This document shows, one piece after another, positions 9,014 to 18,808 of a DNA stretch of 64,000 nt. The first letter of the stretch is position 1. Every line of letters starts with the position of its first letter. This DNA comes from an uncultured bacterium (GTDB lineage Bacteria; Patescibacteriota; Minisyncoccia; UBA6257; 2-01-FULL-56-20), in assembly GCA_963719425.1 (NCBI GenBank), contig OY970382.1, positions 321,246-385,245 of the forward strand, in the 5' to 3' direction. Below the pieces are notes generated by a model. It had not been told where the DNA came from and did not search any database. It saw only the letters and a list, made by a program, of their open reading frames with translations. The translations under genes were made by a program, and so were the position numbers.

Positions 9014-10792
9014 ATGGGACCGGAGACAAGAATTTGTCAGAACTGTAAGCAGCAATTCACGATCGAGCCGGAGGATTTCGTGTTCTATGAAAAGTTCAAT
9101 GTCCCGCCGCCGACGTGGTGTCCGGAGTGCCGATTCGTAAGACGCCTTACGTTACGGAACGAGCGGAGTTTGTATAAGCGAAAATGCGACCTCTGCGGAC
9201 AGGAAAAAATAATGCAATTTAGTCCCCAGTCGCCCTTCACCGTTTATTGCAAAGAATGTTGGTTGAGCGACCGGTGGGACGCTTCCGCGTATGCGAAAGA
9301 ATATGATTTTTCAAAGCCCTTTTTTGCGCAGTTTTTTGAACTGTTGCGCACTGTACCGCGACTCGGAATCGTCCATCAGGGAACAATTGTAGATAGTCAG
9401 TATGCAAACCGCGTGAGCAATTTAAAAAACTGTTATCTTGTCTACGGCAGTAATTTTGACGAAAACTGCATGTACGGCACATGGTTTAACAATTCAAAAG
9501 ATTCGATGGACGGACTCTCAGTGCAGAAATCGGAACAGTGTTATGAATGCATTGACTGCTTTGAATCACACAAGCTCTTTTACTCTCAAGAATGCACGGC
9601 ATGCAGCAGTTCGTACTTTCTCTTTAACTGCCGCAACTGCGAGAGTTGCTTTGGTTGCACGAATTTGAGAAACAAGAGTTATTGCGTATTTAACAAGCAA
9701 CATACCAAAGAAGAATATCAAAAGATCGTCGCCGGATTCAATCTCGGGAGCCGAACGATGCGTGATGCGCTGAAGCTCAAGTTCCTCTCAGAAAAAACAA
9801 AGTATGTTGTTCCTGCCCTCGTGGAACATCATAGCCAGAACGTATCGGGGAACTGGATAGAGGAATCAAAAAATGTTGCCGAAGGGTTTAGTTGCCGAAA
9901 GGTTGAGGACGGAAAATATCTCTACGGACTTGTAGGGTCCAAGGATGTCATGGATTACTCCTTTTGGGGGCGCGCCACAGAACTGGTCTATGATTCGGTG
10001 AATATCGGCTATCAGTCCTCAAGTATCCGTTTCGGCAATGAGGTATGGGATCAAATAACCGATGCGACGTACGTATTCAACTGCCACAACGCCCATGACC
10101 TTTTTGGATGCGTTGGGTTGAGAGGGAAAGAATACTGCATTTTGAACAAGCAATATTCAAAAACGGATTTTGCATCGCTGTCGTCAAAGATCATTGAACA
10201 GATGAAAACTGTCCCCTATAAGGACGCAACTGGAAAACTCTATTTTTATGGCGAATTTTTCCCTGTTGACTATCACCTTTTTGCTTACAACGAAACGATT
10301 GCGCACGAGTACTTTCCGCTTACCAAAGAGGAAGTGCTGCGACAGGGATATGCATGGAGGGATCCCGAGGATAGAAACTATAATATCACGCTCGCTCCCG
10401 ACGACTTACCTGATCACATAAAAGATGCCGAAAGTACCATCGCAGACCATATCATCGGCTGTGCTCACAAGGGCGCTTGTAATGAGCAGTGCACGACCGC
10501 GTTTCGCATTATCCCCACAGAATTACTCTTTTATAAAGCATATGAGATACCGCTCCCGACGCTCTGCCCAAACTGCAGGCACTATGGGCGATTGAAACAG
10601 CGAAACCCTCTGAAGCTTTGGCACAGGAAATGTCAGTGTGCGGGGACAAAATCGGAAAAGGGTATTTACGCCAATGCCGCTGTTCATCAGCATCAGACGA
10701 GCCACTGCCCCAACGAATTTGAGACCTCCTACGCGCCCGATCGCCCCGAGATCGTCTATTGCGAGCAGTGCTACAACGCGGAGGTGGTGTAA
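9014..10792 (+). CDS. Cysteine-rich Zn-ribbon repeat protein, paralog A2
   Basis: MGPETRICQNCKQQFTIEPEDFVFYEKFNVPPPTWCPECR N-terminus and ...CPNCRHYGRLKQRNPLKLWHRKC...YCEQCYNAEVV C-terminus nearly identical to A1; 9-nt spacer after B1. Confidence 0.8.
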   Translation: MGPETRICQNCKQQFTIEPEDFVFYEKFNVPPPTWCPECRFVRRLTLRNERSLYKRKCDLCGQEKIMQFSPQSPFTVYCKECWLSDRWDASAYAKEYDFSKPFFAQFFELLRTVPRLGIVHQGTIVDSQYANRVSNLKNCYLVYGSNFDENCMYGTWFNNSKDSMDGLSVQKSEQCYECIDCFESHKLFYSQECTACSSSYFLFNCRNCESCFGCTNLRNKSYCVFNKQHTKEEYQKIVAGFNLGSRTMRDALKLKFLSEKTKYVVPALVEHHSQNVSGNWIEESKNVAEGFSCRKVEDGKYLYGLVGSKDVMDYSFWGRATELVYDSVNIGYQSSSIRFGNEVWDQITDATYVFNCHNAHDLFGCVGLRGKEYCILNKQYSKTDFASLSSKIIEQMKTVPYKDATGKLYFYGEFFPVDYHLFAYNETIAHEYFPLTKEEVLRQGYAWRDPEDRNYNITLAPDDLPDHIKDAESTIADHIIGCAHKGACNEQCTTAFRIIPTELLFYKAYEIPLPTLCPNCRHYGRLKQRNPLKLWHRKCQCAGTKSEKGIYANAAVHQHQTSHCPNEFETSYAPDRPEIVYCEQCYNAEVV

Positions 10793-10838
10793 GCGCCGTT
10801 TAATCCTGATTTAACCCTCGCCGTTCTACAATGCGGGA

Positions 10839-12266
10839 ATGGCGTTTTTTCTTCATCCGGCGGACACGGCATTCGGGATCGCACTACTTTTTCTCGCAGG
10901 GGTGTTCATCACGGGCCTTGGATGGCATTTCCTCGCGTTCTTTCTTGCTGCACTTTTAGGCGGCGTCGGGACGATTCTTTGGCGGCGGCAGCTTTGGAAA
11001 GAGTGCATTTTGTTTCTTTGCGCAGCGCTCGTCGGCGCCTTGTATTATCACTTCTATTTTCACTTGCAGGCGTTGGAGACAAACCTGCCCACAGGGCAAG
11101 AGGCATCGCTGCAAGTCGTGATTTCGGACGAGCCGCAGCCAACGGAAAAATATTTGATCATCACCACGGATGCTGCCCCTCCATTTTGGGGGACATTAAA
11201 AATCCTCGCACCACCAGGGAGCAATTTTCAATATGGCGAGTTGCTGCAGGTGAGCGGGGCCATTAGCCCACCAGATACTGAAGGCGGCGATTCCATTGTG
11301 TTTTCGCCGAAAAGCATAACCGTACTCGCGGAGCACCGTGGCTTTTGGCTGCGCGAATGGATGATTAACCTGAAACTCGCCATTCTCCAAAAGTTCAGGG
11401 AGGTGCTGCCAGAAGACCAGGCGGCGCTTTTGGGCGGGATCGCCTTCGGATCAAAAGTGAGCTTCAAGCAGGAACTAAAAAATGCAATGGCGCTCTCGGG
11501 CACAACACACCTTGTCGCCGTCTCCGGTTACAACATCACGATCGTCATTGTCGCCGCAGGTGACCTTTTCAAGCGATTCGCCTCGCGCCGTGCGACGTTT
11601 TTCGCGGCCGTGATCGCGCTTGTACTTTTTATGTTTATGGTGGGCGCTCAAGCGTCTGCGGTACGCGCGGCGATCATGGGATTTTTGGCACTCATTGCGC
11701 GTGAGATAGGGGAGCAATTCAGCATGCGGAATGCCATCGTCTTTACGGCCGCCTTTATGGCACTTCTTGACCCAAGTGTTCTTACCGGAAATATCAGTTT
11801 CATTCTCTCGTTCCTAAGCCTGGCCGGCATCGTGTATCTCGGCCCGCCTCTCCAAAAGCTTTTGCGATACTCGGGTGAGAGTGGTCTCTTTGATTGGAAA
11901 GAAAGTGCGATAACCACTATGTCGGCCCAACTCGCCGTAATGCCGGCCCTTATCAACTCTTTCGGGCGATTTTCCTGCATGGCAATCTTCGCGAACATCC
12001 TTGTCCTTTCCACGGTGCCGCTCACGATGTTCCTCGGGGCGCTCCTCGCGCTTTTCGGATTCGTTTCGCACTACCTCGCGTTTTTCGCCGGGAAACTTGT
12101 CGGGCTGTTTCTTGCTTATCAGCTTTTCGTGATCCGCCTCTTCGCCGCGCTTGCGGTTCCGCTGCCCCTGCCGCTCAACTCCGCCGCCGCAATCGCGCTG
12201 TATTACGTGATACTTTTGATATTTATTTTTTCCTATGGCGCTCATGACCGTTCTCAAAGGATTTAA
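10839..12266 (+). CDS. comEC: ComEC/Rec2 competence protein, membrane channel part (split ComEC)
   Basis: Multi-TM N-terminus, DUF4131-like region and competence-domain motif SGTTHLVAVSGYNITIV. Confidence 0.7.
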   Translation: MAFFLHPADTAFGIALLFLAGVFITGLGWHFLAFFLAALLGGVGTILWRRQLWKECILFLCAALVGALYYHFYFHLQALETNLPTGQEASLQVVISDEPQPTEKYLIITTDAAPPFWGTLKILAPPGSNFQYGELLQVSGAISPPDTEGGDSIVFSPKSITVLAEHRGFWLREWMINLKLAILQKFREVLPEDQAALLGGIAFGSKVSFKQELKNAMALSGTTHLVAVSGYNITIVIVAAGDLFKRFASRRATFFAAVIALVLFMFMVGAQASAVRAAIMGFLALIAREIGEQFSMRNAIVFTAAFMALLDPSVLTGNISFILSFLSLAGIVYLGPPLQKLLRYSGESGLFDWKESAITTMSAQLAVMPALINSFGRFSCMAIFANILVLSTVPLTMFLGALLALFGFVSHYLAFFAGKLVGLFLAYQLFVIRLFAALAVPLPLPLNSAAAIALYYVILLIFIFSYGAHDRSQRI

Positions 12267-13176
12267 TACGCTTGCACTCATCATCGCGACATCGCTTGTT
12301 GCGGTTGATGCGTACGTTTGGTTCGCGATGTGTTCGCAGGGCGGTGTCCAAGAGGTACATGAATATTTTTTGGATGTCGGACAGGGTGACAGCGAGCTTG
12401 TCGTATTCCCCGGTGGCATGAAAATTATGACCGATGCCGGTCCGGCCGCGAGTTCGCCGGCCGCCGTGATCGGCGCGCTAGAGAAGGTGCTGCCGCAGAA
12501 TGACCGCTATATAGACATCGCGATCATTTCGCATCCGGACTCGGACCACTTTGCCGGCTATCTGGACATCTTGGATCGCTACGAGATTGGCGCATTCCTT
12601 TATAATGGCCGTGCCGGCGCGAGTGACGCCTGGCAGCAACTTATGGAAAAGATAGATGCTAAACATATTCCACTTGTCACGCTTGGAGCAGGGGACCATA
12701 TTCATTACGCAACAAATATAATTGACATACTTTCTCCGGATAGCGCGTTCGTTCAGAGTGCGGAGACAAACGACACCAGCTTGGTGGAACTCGTGCGCGC
12801 GGAGCCCGGTAGTGAAAGTGGGCGCAGCTTCCGCACATTGCTCACTGGCGATGCCCCCTTCAACGTGGAGGACTATCTTATAAAGAGAGGCATTGATGTA
12901 CGGGCCGACATTCTGAAGGTGGCCCACCATGGCTCAAAATATGCTTCGGGGAGCGCGTTCCTGCGCGCCGTGAATCCAAAAGCAGCCGTGATCGGCGTCG
13001 GTGCGAAAAACGTTTACGGCCACCCCTCAAAGGAAATGCTCGCGCGGCTTGCGTCGTCAACGCACGCACAGGTCTTCCGCACCGACCTCAATGGCACGGT
13101 AGAGATTTTCTCCGAGGACGGCGCACTAAAAATGATAGAAGAAAAACAAACTGCGTCGCCAAACGGCGGGAAGTGA
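12235..13176 (+). CDS. ComEC C-terminal metallo-beta-lactamase domain protein (separate ORF)
   Basis: MBL-like motifs ISHPDSDHFAGY and KVAHHGSKYAS; overlaps the upstream ComEC ORF by 32 nt in another frame. Confidence 0.65.
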   Translation: MALMTVLKGFNTLALIIATSLVAVDAYVWFAMCSQGGVQEVHEYFLDVGQGDSELVVFPGGMKIMTDAGPAASSPAAVIGALEKVLPQNDRYIDIAIISHPDSDHFAGYLDILDRYEIGAFLYNGRAGASDAWQQLMEKIDAKHIPLVTLGAGDHIHYATNIIDILSPDSAFVQSAETNDTSLVELVRAEPGSESGRSFRTLLTGDAPFNVEDYLIKRGIDVRADILKVAHHGSKYASGSAFLRAVNPKAAVIGVGAKNVYGHPSKEMLARLASSTHAQVFRTDLNGTVEIFSEDGALKMIEEKQTASPNGGK

Positions 13177-13191
13177 TATAATGAAAATATC

Positions 13192-14466
13192 TTGAAGATA
13201 CAAAATTTTGAACAACTCGCGGTCTCGGAGGCGCGGCAGGCATTGCTTACGATCACGAGGGCCGGACTTGAGGCGATTGACACGGCGCGGGTGATGCGCG
13301 AAACGATGCGGATTGAAGGAGAAATGCTGATTCTCGGAAGTGAAAAAATTCCGCTCGCGGAGATCGGGCAGCTCGTTTTTGTCGCAGTCGGCAAGTGCGC
13401 CGTAGAGGCCTCGCTTGCGGCGGAAGCAACGCTTGGTGACCACCTCACGCGCGGTGTTGTCGTAGACGTGAAGGCCCGCCCCGCCCCGGCCTCCACACGG
13501 CTCAAAACGTTTTGCGGCACCCATCCTTTGCCTTCAGAAGAAAACCTCCATGCGACAGAAGCGATCGTTCAGACGCTCGCGGGACTCACCGAGCGAGATC
13601 TCGTGATTTTTGTAATTTCCGGCGGCGGTTCCACACTGCTCTTTCTGCCGCAAGACAAAACTGACCGAAGCGAGATTGATATATTCAAAGTGCTCACGAA
13701 TGCCGGCGCGACTATTCAGGAAATGAACGTGGTGCGGAAACACCTGTCGCTCGCGCGCGGCGGCTACCTTGCGAAATATGCCTATCCTGCCCGCGTCATC
13801 TCGCTCATTATGAGTGACGTGCCGGGGAACGATATTGCAACCGTTTCTTCCGGTCCGACCGTAAAAGACATGACGACGATAGAAAACGCGGAAAGGGTGC
13901 TTGCAAAATTCAACGCGCCCAAAGCCAAGCTGGTTGAAACGCCGAAGGAAGACAAATATTTCGCGCGGGTCACAAACGTCCTCGTAGTATCCAACGTGCG
14001 CGCGCTTGACGCGATGCGCGCGGCCGCGGAGAAACTGGGCTTTCTCGCGGAGATTCGCGGGAGCGAACTCACAGGCGAGGCATCGGAAGTTGGGCAAATG
14101 GTCACGGAGGCGCTCCATGCGGTGCCCCCGCGGTCGGCGCTCCTTTGGGGCGGCGAAACGACTGTCACCGTCCGCGGCGCGGGCAGGGGAGGCCGCAATC
14201 TAGAACTCGCGGCTTCCGCGCTCCGCTTCGTGCGCGACGGCGAGGAAATTCTTTCTCTCGCTTCGGACGGCCGCGATCATGGCCCCTTCGCCGGCGCGAT
14301 CTGTGATACCATTACCAAAAAGGCGATCGCGGACGCCGGGCTTGATCTTGAACAATTCCTTAGCAATAACGATACCTACGGTCTTTTTGAAAAAGTTGGC
14401 AATTATCTCACGACCGGCGACACCGGCTCAAATGTGTCGGACCTCATCATAGCAATGAAGGCGTAG
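13192..14466 (+). CDS. Glycerate kinase, MOFRL family (hydroxypyruvate reductase-like)
   Basis: DUF4147/MOFRL architecture, ~420 aa, motifs VFVAVGKCA, ISGGGSTLLF, GRGGRNLE. Confidence 0.6.
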   Translation: MKIQNFEQLAVSEARQALLTITRAGLEAIDTARVMRETMRIEGEMLILGSEKIPLAEIGQLVFVAVGKCAVEASLAAEATLGDHLTRGVVVDVKARPAPASTRLKTFCGTHPLPSEENLHATEAIVQTLAGLTERDLVIFVISGGGSTLLFLPQDKTDRSEIDIFKVLTNAGATIQEMNVVRKHLSLARGGYLAKYAYPARVISLIMSDVPGNDIATVSSGPTVKDMTTIENAERVLAKFNAPKAKLVETPKEDKYFARVTNVLVVSNVRALDAMRAAAEKLGFLAEIRGSELTGEASEVGQMVTEALHAVPPRSALLWGGETTVTVRGAGRGGRNLELAASALRFVRDGEEILSLASDGRDHGPFAGAICDTITKKAIADAGLDLEQFLSNNDTYGLFEKVGNYLTTGDTGSNVSDLIIAMKA

Positions 14467-14475
14467 AAAAAATTT

Positions 14476-16005
14476 ATGATCATCGTTCTCAATTTTGGCA
14501 GCCAGTTCGCGCATCTTATCGCGCGGCGGGTTCGTGAGCTCAGCGTGAAAGCGGAGATCCTGCCGTTTCATGCATCACTTGCGCAGATACGGTCGCTCAA
14601 TCCGAGTGGCATTATCCTATCCGGCAGCCCGGCATCGGTGCTAACAAAAGGAAGTCCGCGCCCCGCAAAGGGCATTTTTGATTTGGGAATCCCCGTGCTC
14701 GGCATCTGTTACGGCGAGCAGGTGATGGCGCAGATGCTGGGCGGCCGGGTGGCAAAAGGCAAACGGCGCGAATACGGAAAAGAAATTGTGACCACGTTTC
14801 ACAATCCGTTATTTGCCGGTGTGGAAAAAAGAGAATTGGTTTGGTTCTCGCATGGCGACCAGGTTGCAAGGTTGCCGCGCGGTTTCGTCCGCATCGCGGC
14901 GACCTCGGGCTGCCGCTATGCGGGTATGGCGAACGCTGCCCAAAAGATTTTCGCCATCCAGTTCCATCCCGAGGTGACCCACACACGGCACGGCATGAAA
15001 ATACTTTCCAATTTTCTTTTTCGCATATGCAGGGCACAGAGGGACTGGAAGATCGGCACGGTGGCGTCCGCGCTTCAGCATTCGCTCCGCGAACTCGTGG
15101 GGAGTGATCATGTTGCCATTGGCATATCGGGCGGCGTGGATTCGCTCGTTGCGGCAACTCTTCTCTACCGCGCCATCGGTTCCCAGCTGCATGCGATCTT
15201 TGTAGACACCGGTTTGCTGCGAAAGGATGAGGTAATGGCCGTTTCGCGAACCCTCCACGCGCAGGGATTCAAAAATCTTCATGTGGCAAGCGCACAAAAT
15301 ATTTTTCTCAACCGATTGAAAGGCAAAGTTGACCCAGAAAAAAAGCGGAAAATCATAGGCCATGCCTTCATTGAAGTTTTTGAAAGCGCCGTCAGGCGGG
15401 AACTCGCGCGATATCCGATCAGGTTTCTCGCGCAAGGAACCATATATCCGGACCGCATCGAATCAGCCGAGCCGTCCAAGCACGCTTCAAAGATAAAAAG
15501 CCATCACAACCTGACGCTGCCCGCGAAAATGCATCTTAAAATCCTTGAACCGCTTAGGGAATTTTACAAAGACGAAGTGAGGGCGTTGGGCCGCTTGCTC
15601 GGGTTACCCAAAGAGCTTCTCTGGCGGCATCCATTTCCGGGTCCCGGACTTGCCATAAGGATTGTGGGCGAAGTCACGCCCGAGCGGCTCGCCATTCTTC
15701 GCGAGGCAGACGCGATTTTTACGGAAGAGCTTAAAAAATCGGGGGAATACGAGAAAATTTGGCAGGCGTTTGCGGTGTTGTTGCCGCTGCGGAGCGTTGG
15801 TGTGATGGGCGATGAGCGAACATATGAATACATGATTTCGCTCCGCGCCGTTGATTCGGTGGATGGCATGACGGCGGATTGGCACAAAATCCCTCCGAAA
15901 CTTCTGGAGCACATCTCAAGCCGCATTGTGGGAGAAGTGCGCGGCGTGAATCGCGTGCTTTACGATATTACGCAGAAACCGCCCGCCACCATTGAATACG
16001 AGTAG
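14476..16005 (+). CDS. guaA: GMP synthase (glutamine-hydrolyzing)
   Basis: N-terminal class-I GATase (ICYGEQ, FHPEV) plus ATP-PPase SGGVDS motif and C-terminal dimerization domain ending TIEYE. Confidence 0.9.
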   Translation: MIIVLNFGSQFAHLIARRVRELSVKAEILPFHASLAQIRSLNPSGIILSGSPASVLTKGSPRPAKGIFDLGIPVLGICYGEQVMAQMLGGRVAKGKRREYGKEIVTTFHNPLFAGVEKRELVWFSHGDQVARLPRGFVRIAATSGCRYAGMANAAQKIFAIQFHPEVTHTRHGMKILSNFLFRICRAQRDWKIGTVASALQHSLRELVGSDHVAIGISGGVDSLVAATLLYRAIGSQLHAIFVDTGLLRKDEVMAVSRTLHAQGFKNLHVASAQNIFLNRLKGKVDPEKKRKIIGHAFIEVFESAVRRELARYPIRFLAQGTIYPDRIESAEPSKHASKIKSHHNLTLPAKMHLKILEPLREFYKDEVRALGRLLGLPKELLWRHPFPGPGLAIRIVGEVTPERLAILREADAIFTEELKKSGEYEKIWQAFAVLLPLRSVGVMGDERTYEYMISLRAVDSVDGMTADWHKIPPKLLEHISSRIVGEVRGVNRVLYDITQKPPATIEYE

Positions 16006-16058
16006 ACGCGGAAGGGGACAACGGGGGATCCCACTCTCGGATTTTTAATGTATAATAA

Positions 16059-18524
16059 ATGAAAAGTACGAACATGAAATCACAAAAACATATTTTGAAG
16101 TACGAGGAGGTCGGCATCAAGGATGTGGGCGTGGTCGGCGGGAAGAACGCGTCGCTCGGCGAAATGATCCGGACGCTCGGTGCGAAAGGGGTGCCCGTGC
16201 CCTCGGGATTCGTCGTTACGGCTTCGGCCTACTTCTATTTTTTGGAGAAAACGGGGCTGGACAAGTTTATTAAAACAACATTAAAAGGCCTTGATACAAA
16301 AAATTTGAAAGACCTCCAACGTCGCGGTAGGATCGTCCGCGATGCGATGATGGACACGGAGTTCCCGAAGGACCTTGCAGCGGAGATCGTGAAGGGCTAT
16401 CACGAACTTGAAAGGCGCTATGGGAAAAACGCGGACGTTGCCGTGCGATCGTCCGCGACCGCGGAGGACCTGCCGGGCGCCTCATTTGCGGGCGAGCAGG
16501 AGAGCTATTTGGGCATCCGCGGACCCCGCGAGGTTTTGAAGGCCGTGCGCGCCACGATGGCGTCTCTTTTTACCGACCGGGCCATTTCCTATCGACAGGA
16601 CCGCGGTTTTGATCATCTGAAGATTGCTTTGTCGGCCGGCGTGCAAAAGATGGTGCGCTCTGATCGCGCCTGCTCGGGCGTCATGTTCACGCTTGATACC
16701 GAATCCGGCTTTCGCGAAATTGTTTTAATCAACGGTTCATGGGGCCTTGGCGAAATGATCGTGAAGGGAGAGGTGACGCCGGACGAATTCATCGTTTGGA
16801 AGGAGGGCCTTCGCACTGGCGTTCGTGAGCCCATCATAGAAAAGAAACTCGGTGTGAAATTGCGGAAAATGGTCTATCACCACGAGCGTCGCCTGGAGCA
16901 GGCAAAAATCATTCCAACGACGCCAGTGGAGCGTACCTCGTTCGTATTGACCGATCGCGAAGTAGCGCGGCTTGCAAAGTGGGGAGCGATCATAGAGAAA
17001 CATTATACTGACCACTACAAGAAATGGACGCCGATGGATATGGAATGGGCAAAGGACGGCATTACTGGCGAGCTCTTTATTGTGCAGGCGCGTCCCGAAA
17101 CCATTCATGCCGGCCAAGACTTTTCAAAAGTGAAAGAATACATCCCGCTTGAGCACCGCGAGCCGATTCTTATGGGCGCTTCGGTAGGATCCAAGATCGG
17201 TACCGGGAAAGCTCGCGTAATAATGGACGCGAAGCATATTGGCGACTTCAAGAAGGGTGAAGTGCTTGTGACTACGATGACCGACCCTGATTGGGAGCCG
17301 ATCATGAAGATCGCCTCCGCGATCGTGACGGACAAAGGCGGCCGCACAAGCCACGCTGCGATCGTCTCGCGCGAGTTGGGAATTCCCGCGATCGTAGGTA
17401 CGGAAAAAGCGACGAGGCTTATCAAGACCGGCGACCCGATCACGGTGGACACGACTGGCAGCGCAGGCAACATCTACCGGGGATTTTTGAAGTTCAAAGT
17501 GGTGGAGCACGACTTGAAAAAGATCCCGCGGCCCAAGACGCACATCATGGTGAACATTGCTATTCCCGACAGTGCGTTTGAGACATCGTTCCTGCCCACG
17601 CGGGGGGTTGGCCTCGCACGCGAGGAGTTCATCATCGCTTCAAAGATGGGTCTGCATCCGATGGCGCTTCTGAATTTGAGCAAGCAAAAACCCGCCGTGC
17701 AGCGCGCGATCCAGGAAAAGATGCGTGGCTGGCATGGCAACGCCAAAAAATATTATATAGACAATCTTGCCTTCGGCATCGCAAAAATCGGTGTGGCATT
17801 TCACCCGCATCCCGTGATTGTGCGCTTCTCCGATTTCAAGACGAATGAATACCGAACCCTTCTCGGCGGCGAAATGTACGAGCCACACGAAGAGAATCCG
17901 ATGATCGGCTGGCGCGGGGCTTCGCGATACTACGATTCGAAGTTCAAGCCCGCGTTCATGCTTGAGGCAGCGGCCGTGAAGAAAGTGCGCGAGGAGATGG
18001 GACTCGCGAACGTGATCCCGATGGTGCCCTTCTGTCGCACCGTGGAGGAGGGGATGAAAGTGCAGGAGGCAATGGCTGAGGCGGGACTTTATACCAAGTA
18101 CACGCTCCGAGGCAAGAGTGTGCGAAGTGTCAGGGGCAAAGCCGTGACGCCGATCTACGTGATGTGCGAGATTCCATCAAATGTTTTGAGCGCCGACAAG
18201 TTCTTGGATATCTTTGACGGCATGTCCATCGGCTCAAACGATCTCACGCAGCTTACGATGGGCCTTGACCGCGACTCCGGCATCGTCACAAAAATCGCGA
18301 ACGAGAAGAATCCCGCCGTGGAACGCTTGATTGCCGAGATCATCGCAAAATGCCGCGCGCGCAAAAAGTATATCGGTATCTGTGGCCAAGGGCCATCCGA
18401 TTATCCCGATTTCGCCGAGTTTCTCGTCACGAAAGGCATTGAAAGCATGTCATTGAATCAAGACACCGTCGTCCGCACGACCGTTGCAGTCGCGAAGAAG
18501 GAAAAGCAACTGAAGAGGAGATAG
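16059..18524 (+). CDS. ppsA: Phosphoenolpyruvate synthase / pyruvate, water dikinase
   Basis: 821 aa; PEP-utilising three-domain layout with TDKGGRTSHAAIVSRELGIPAIVG phosphohistidine motif and C-terminal PEP-binding domain (MSIGSNDLTQL). Confidence 0.85.
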   Translation: MKSTNMKSQKHILKYEEVGIKDVGVVGGKNASLGEMIRTLGAKGVPVPSGFVVTASAYFYFLEKTGLDKFIKTTLKGLDTKNLKDLQRRGRIVRDAMMDTEFPKDLAAEIVKGYHELERRYGKNADVAVRSSATAEDLPGASFAGEQESYLGIRGPREVLKAVRATMASLFTDRAISYRQDRGFDHLKIALSAGVQKMVRSDRACSGVMFTLDTESGFREIVLINGSWGLGEMIVKGEVTPDEFIVWKEGLRTGVREPIIEKKLGVKLRKMVYHHERRLEQAKIIPTTPVERTSFVLTDREVARLAKWGAIIEKHYTDHYKKWTPMDMEWAKDGITGELFIVQARPETIHAGQDFSKVKEYIPLEHREPILMGASVGSKIGTGKARVIMDAKHIGDFKKGEVLVTTMTDPDWEPIMKIASAIVTDKGGRTSHAAIVSRELGIPAIVGTEKATRLIKTGDPITVDTTGSAGNIYRGFLKFKVVEHDLKKIPRPKTHIMVNIAIPDSAFETSFLPTRGVGLAREEFIIASKMGLHPMALLNLSKQKPAVQRAIQEKMRGWHGNAKKYYIDNLAFGIAKIGVAFHPHPVIVRFSDFKTNEYRTLLGGEMYEPHEENPMIGWRGASRYYDSKFKPAFMLEAAAVKKVREEMGLANVIPMVPFCRTVEEGMKVQEAMAEAGLYTKYTLRGKSVRSVRGKAVTPIYVMCEIPSNVLSADKFLDIFDGMSIGSNDLTQLTMGLDRDSGIVTKIANEKNPAVERLIAEIIAKCRARKKYIGICGQGPSDYPDFAEFLVTKGIESMSLNQDTVVRTTVAVAKKEKQLKRR

Positions 18525-18663
18525 GGACGTGGTATCTTCCGATATATTGTGCCGGAATAAATGCTCAAGCCGTACTTAGCCAGGCGAGAGTTCTTGATGC
18601 AAAGCGAACATTTTCATTTAGTGGAAACGGCGTTTTTTGAGCGATACGGCTTTAAAATTTGTC

Positions 18664-18684
18664 GCCCCGCTTCGGAAGCGGGGC
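18664..18684 (+). terminator. GC hairpin GCCCCGCTT-CGG-AAGCGGGGC downstream of ppsA (no U-tract)
   Basis: 9-bp perfect stem read directly; lacks a T-run, so terminator function is uncertain. Confidence 0.3.
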
Positions 18685-18808
18685 TAAGTGGGAAATCCCA
18701 ATAATTTCTTCAATTATAGCGAAGCGGAATCTATTGTCAAACATCTTTTAATAAAAATTTAATCTCTGCAAAACCAGAGAAATAGGGTATAATGAACTCA
18801 CTTTTCGC

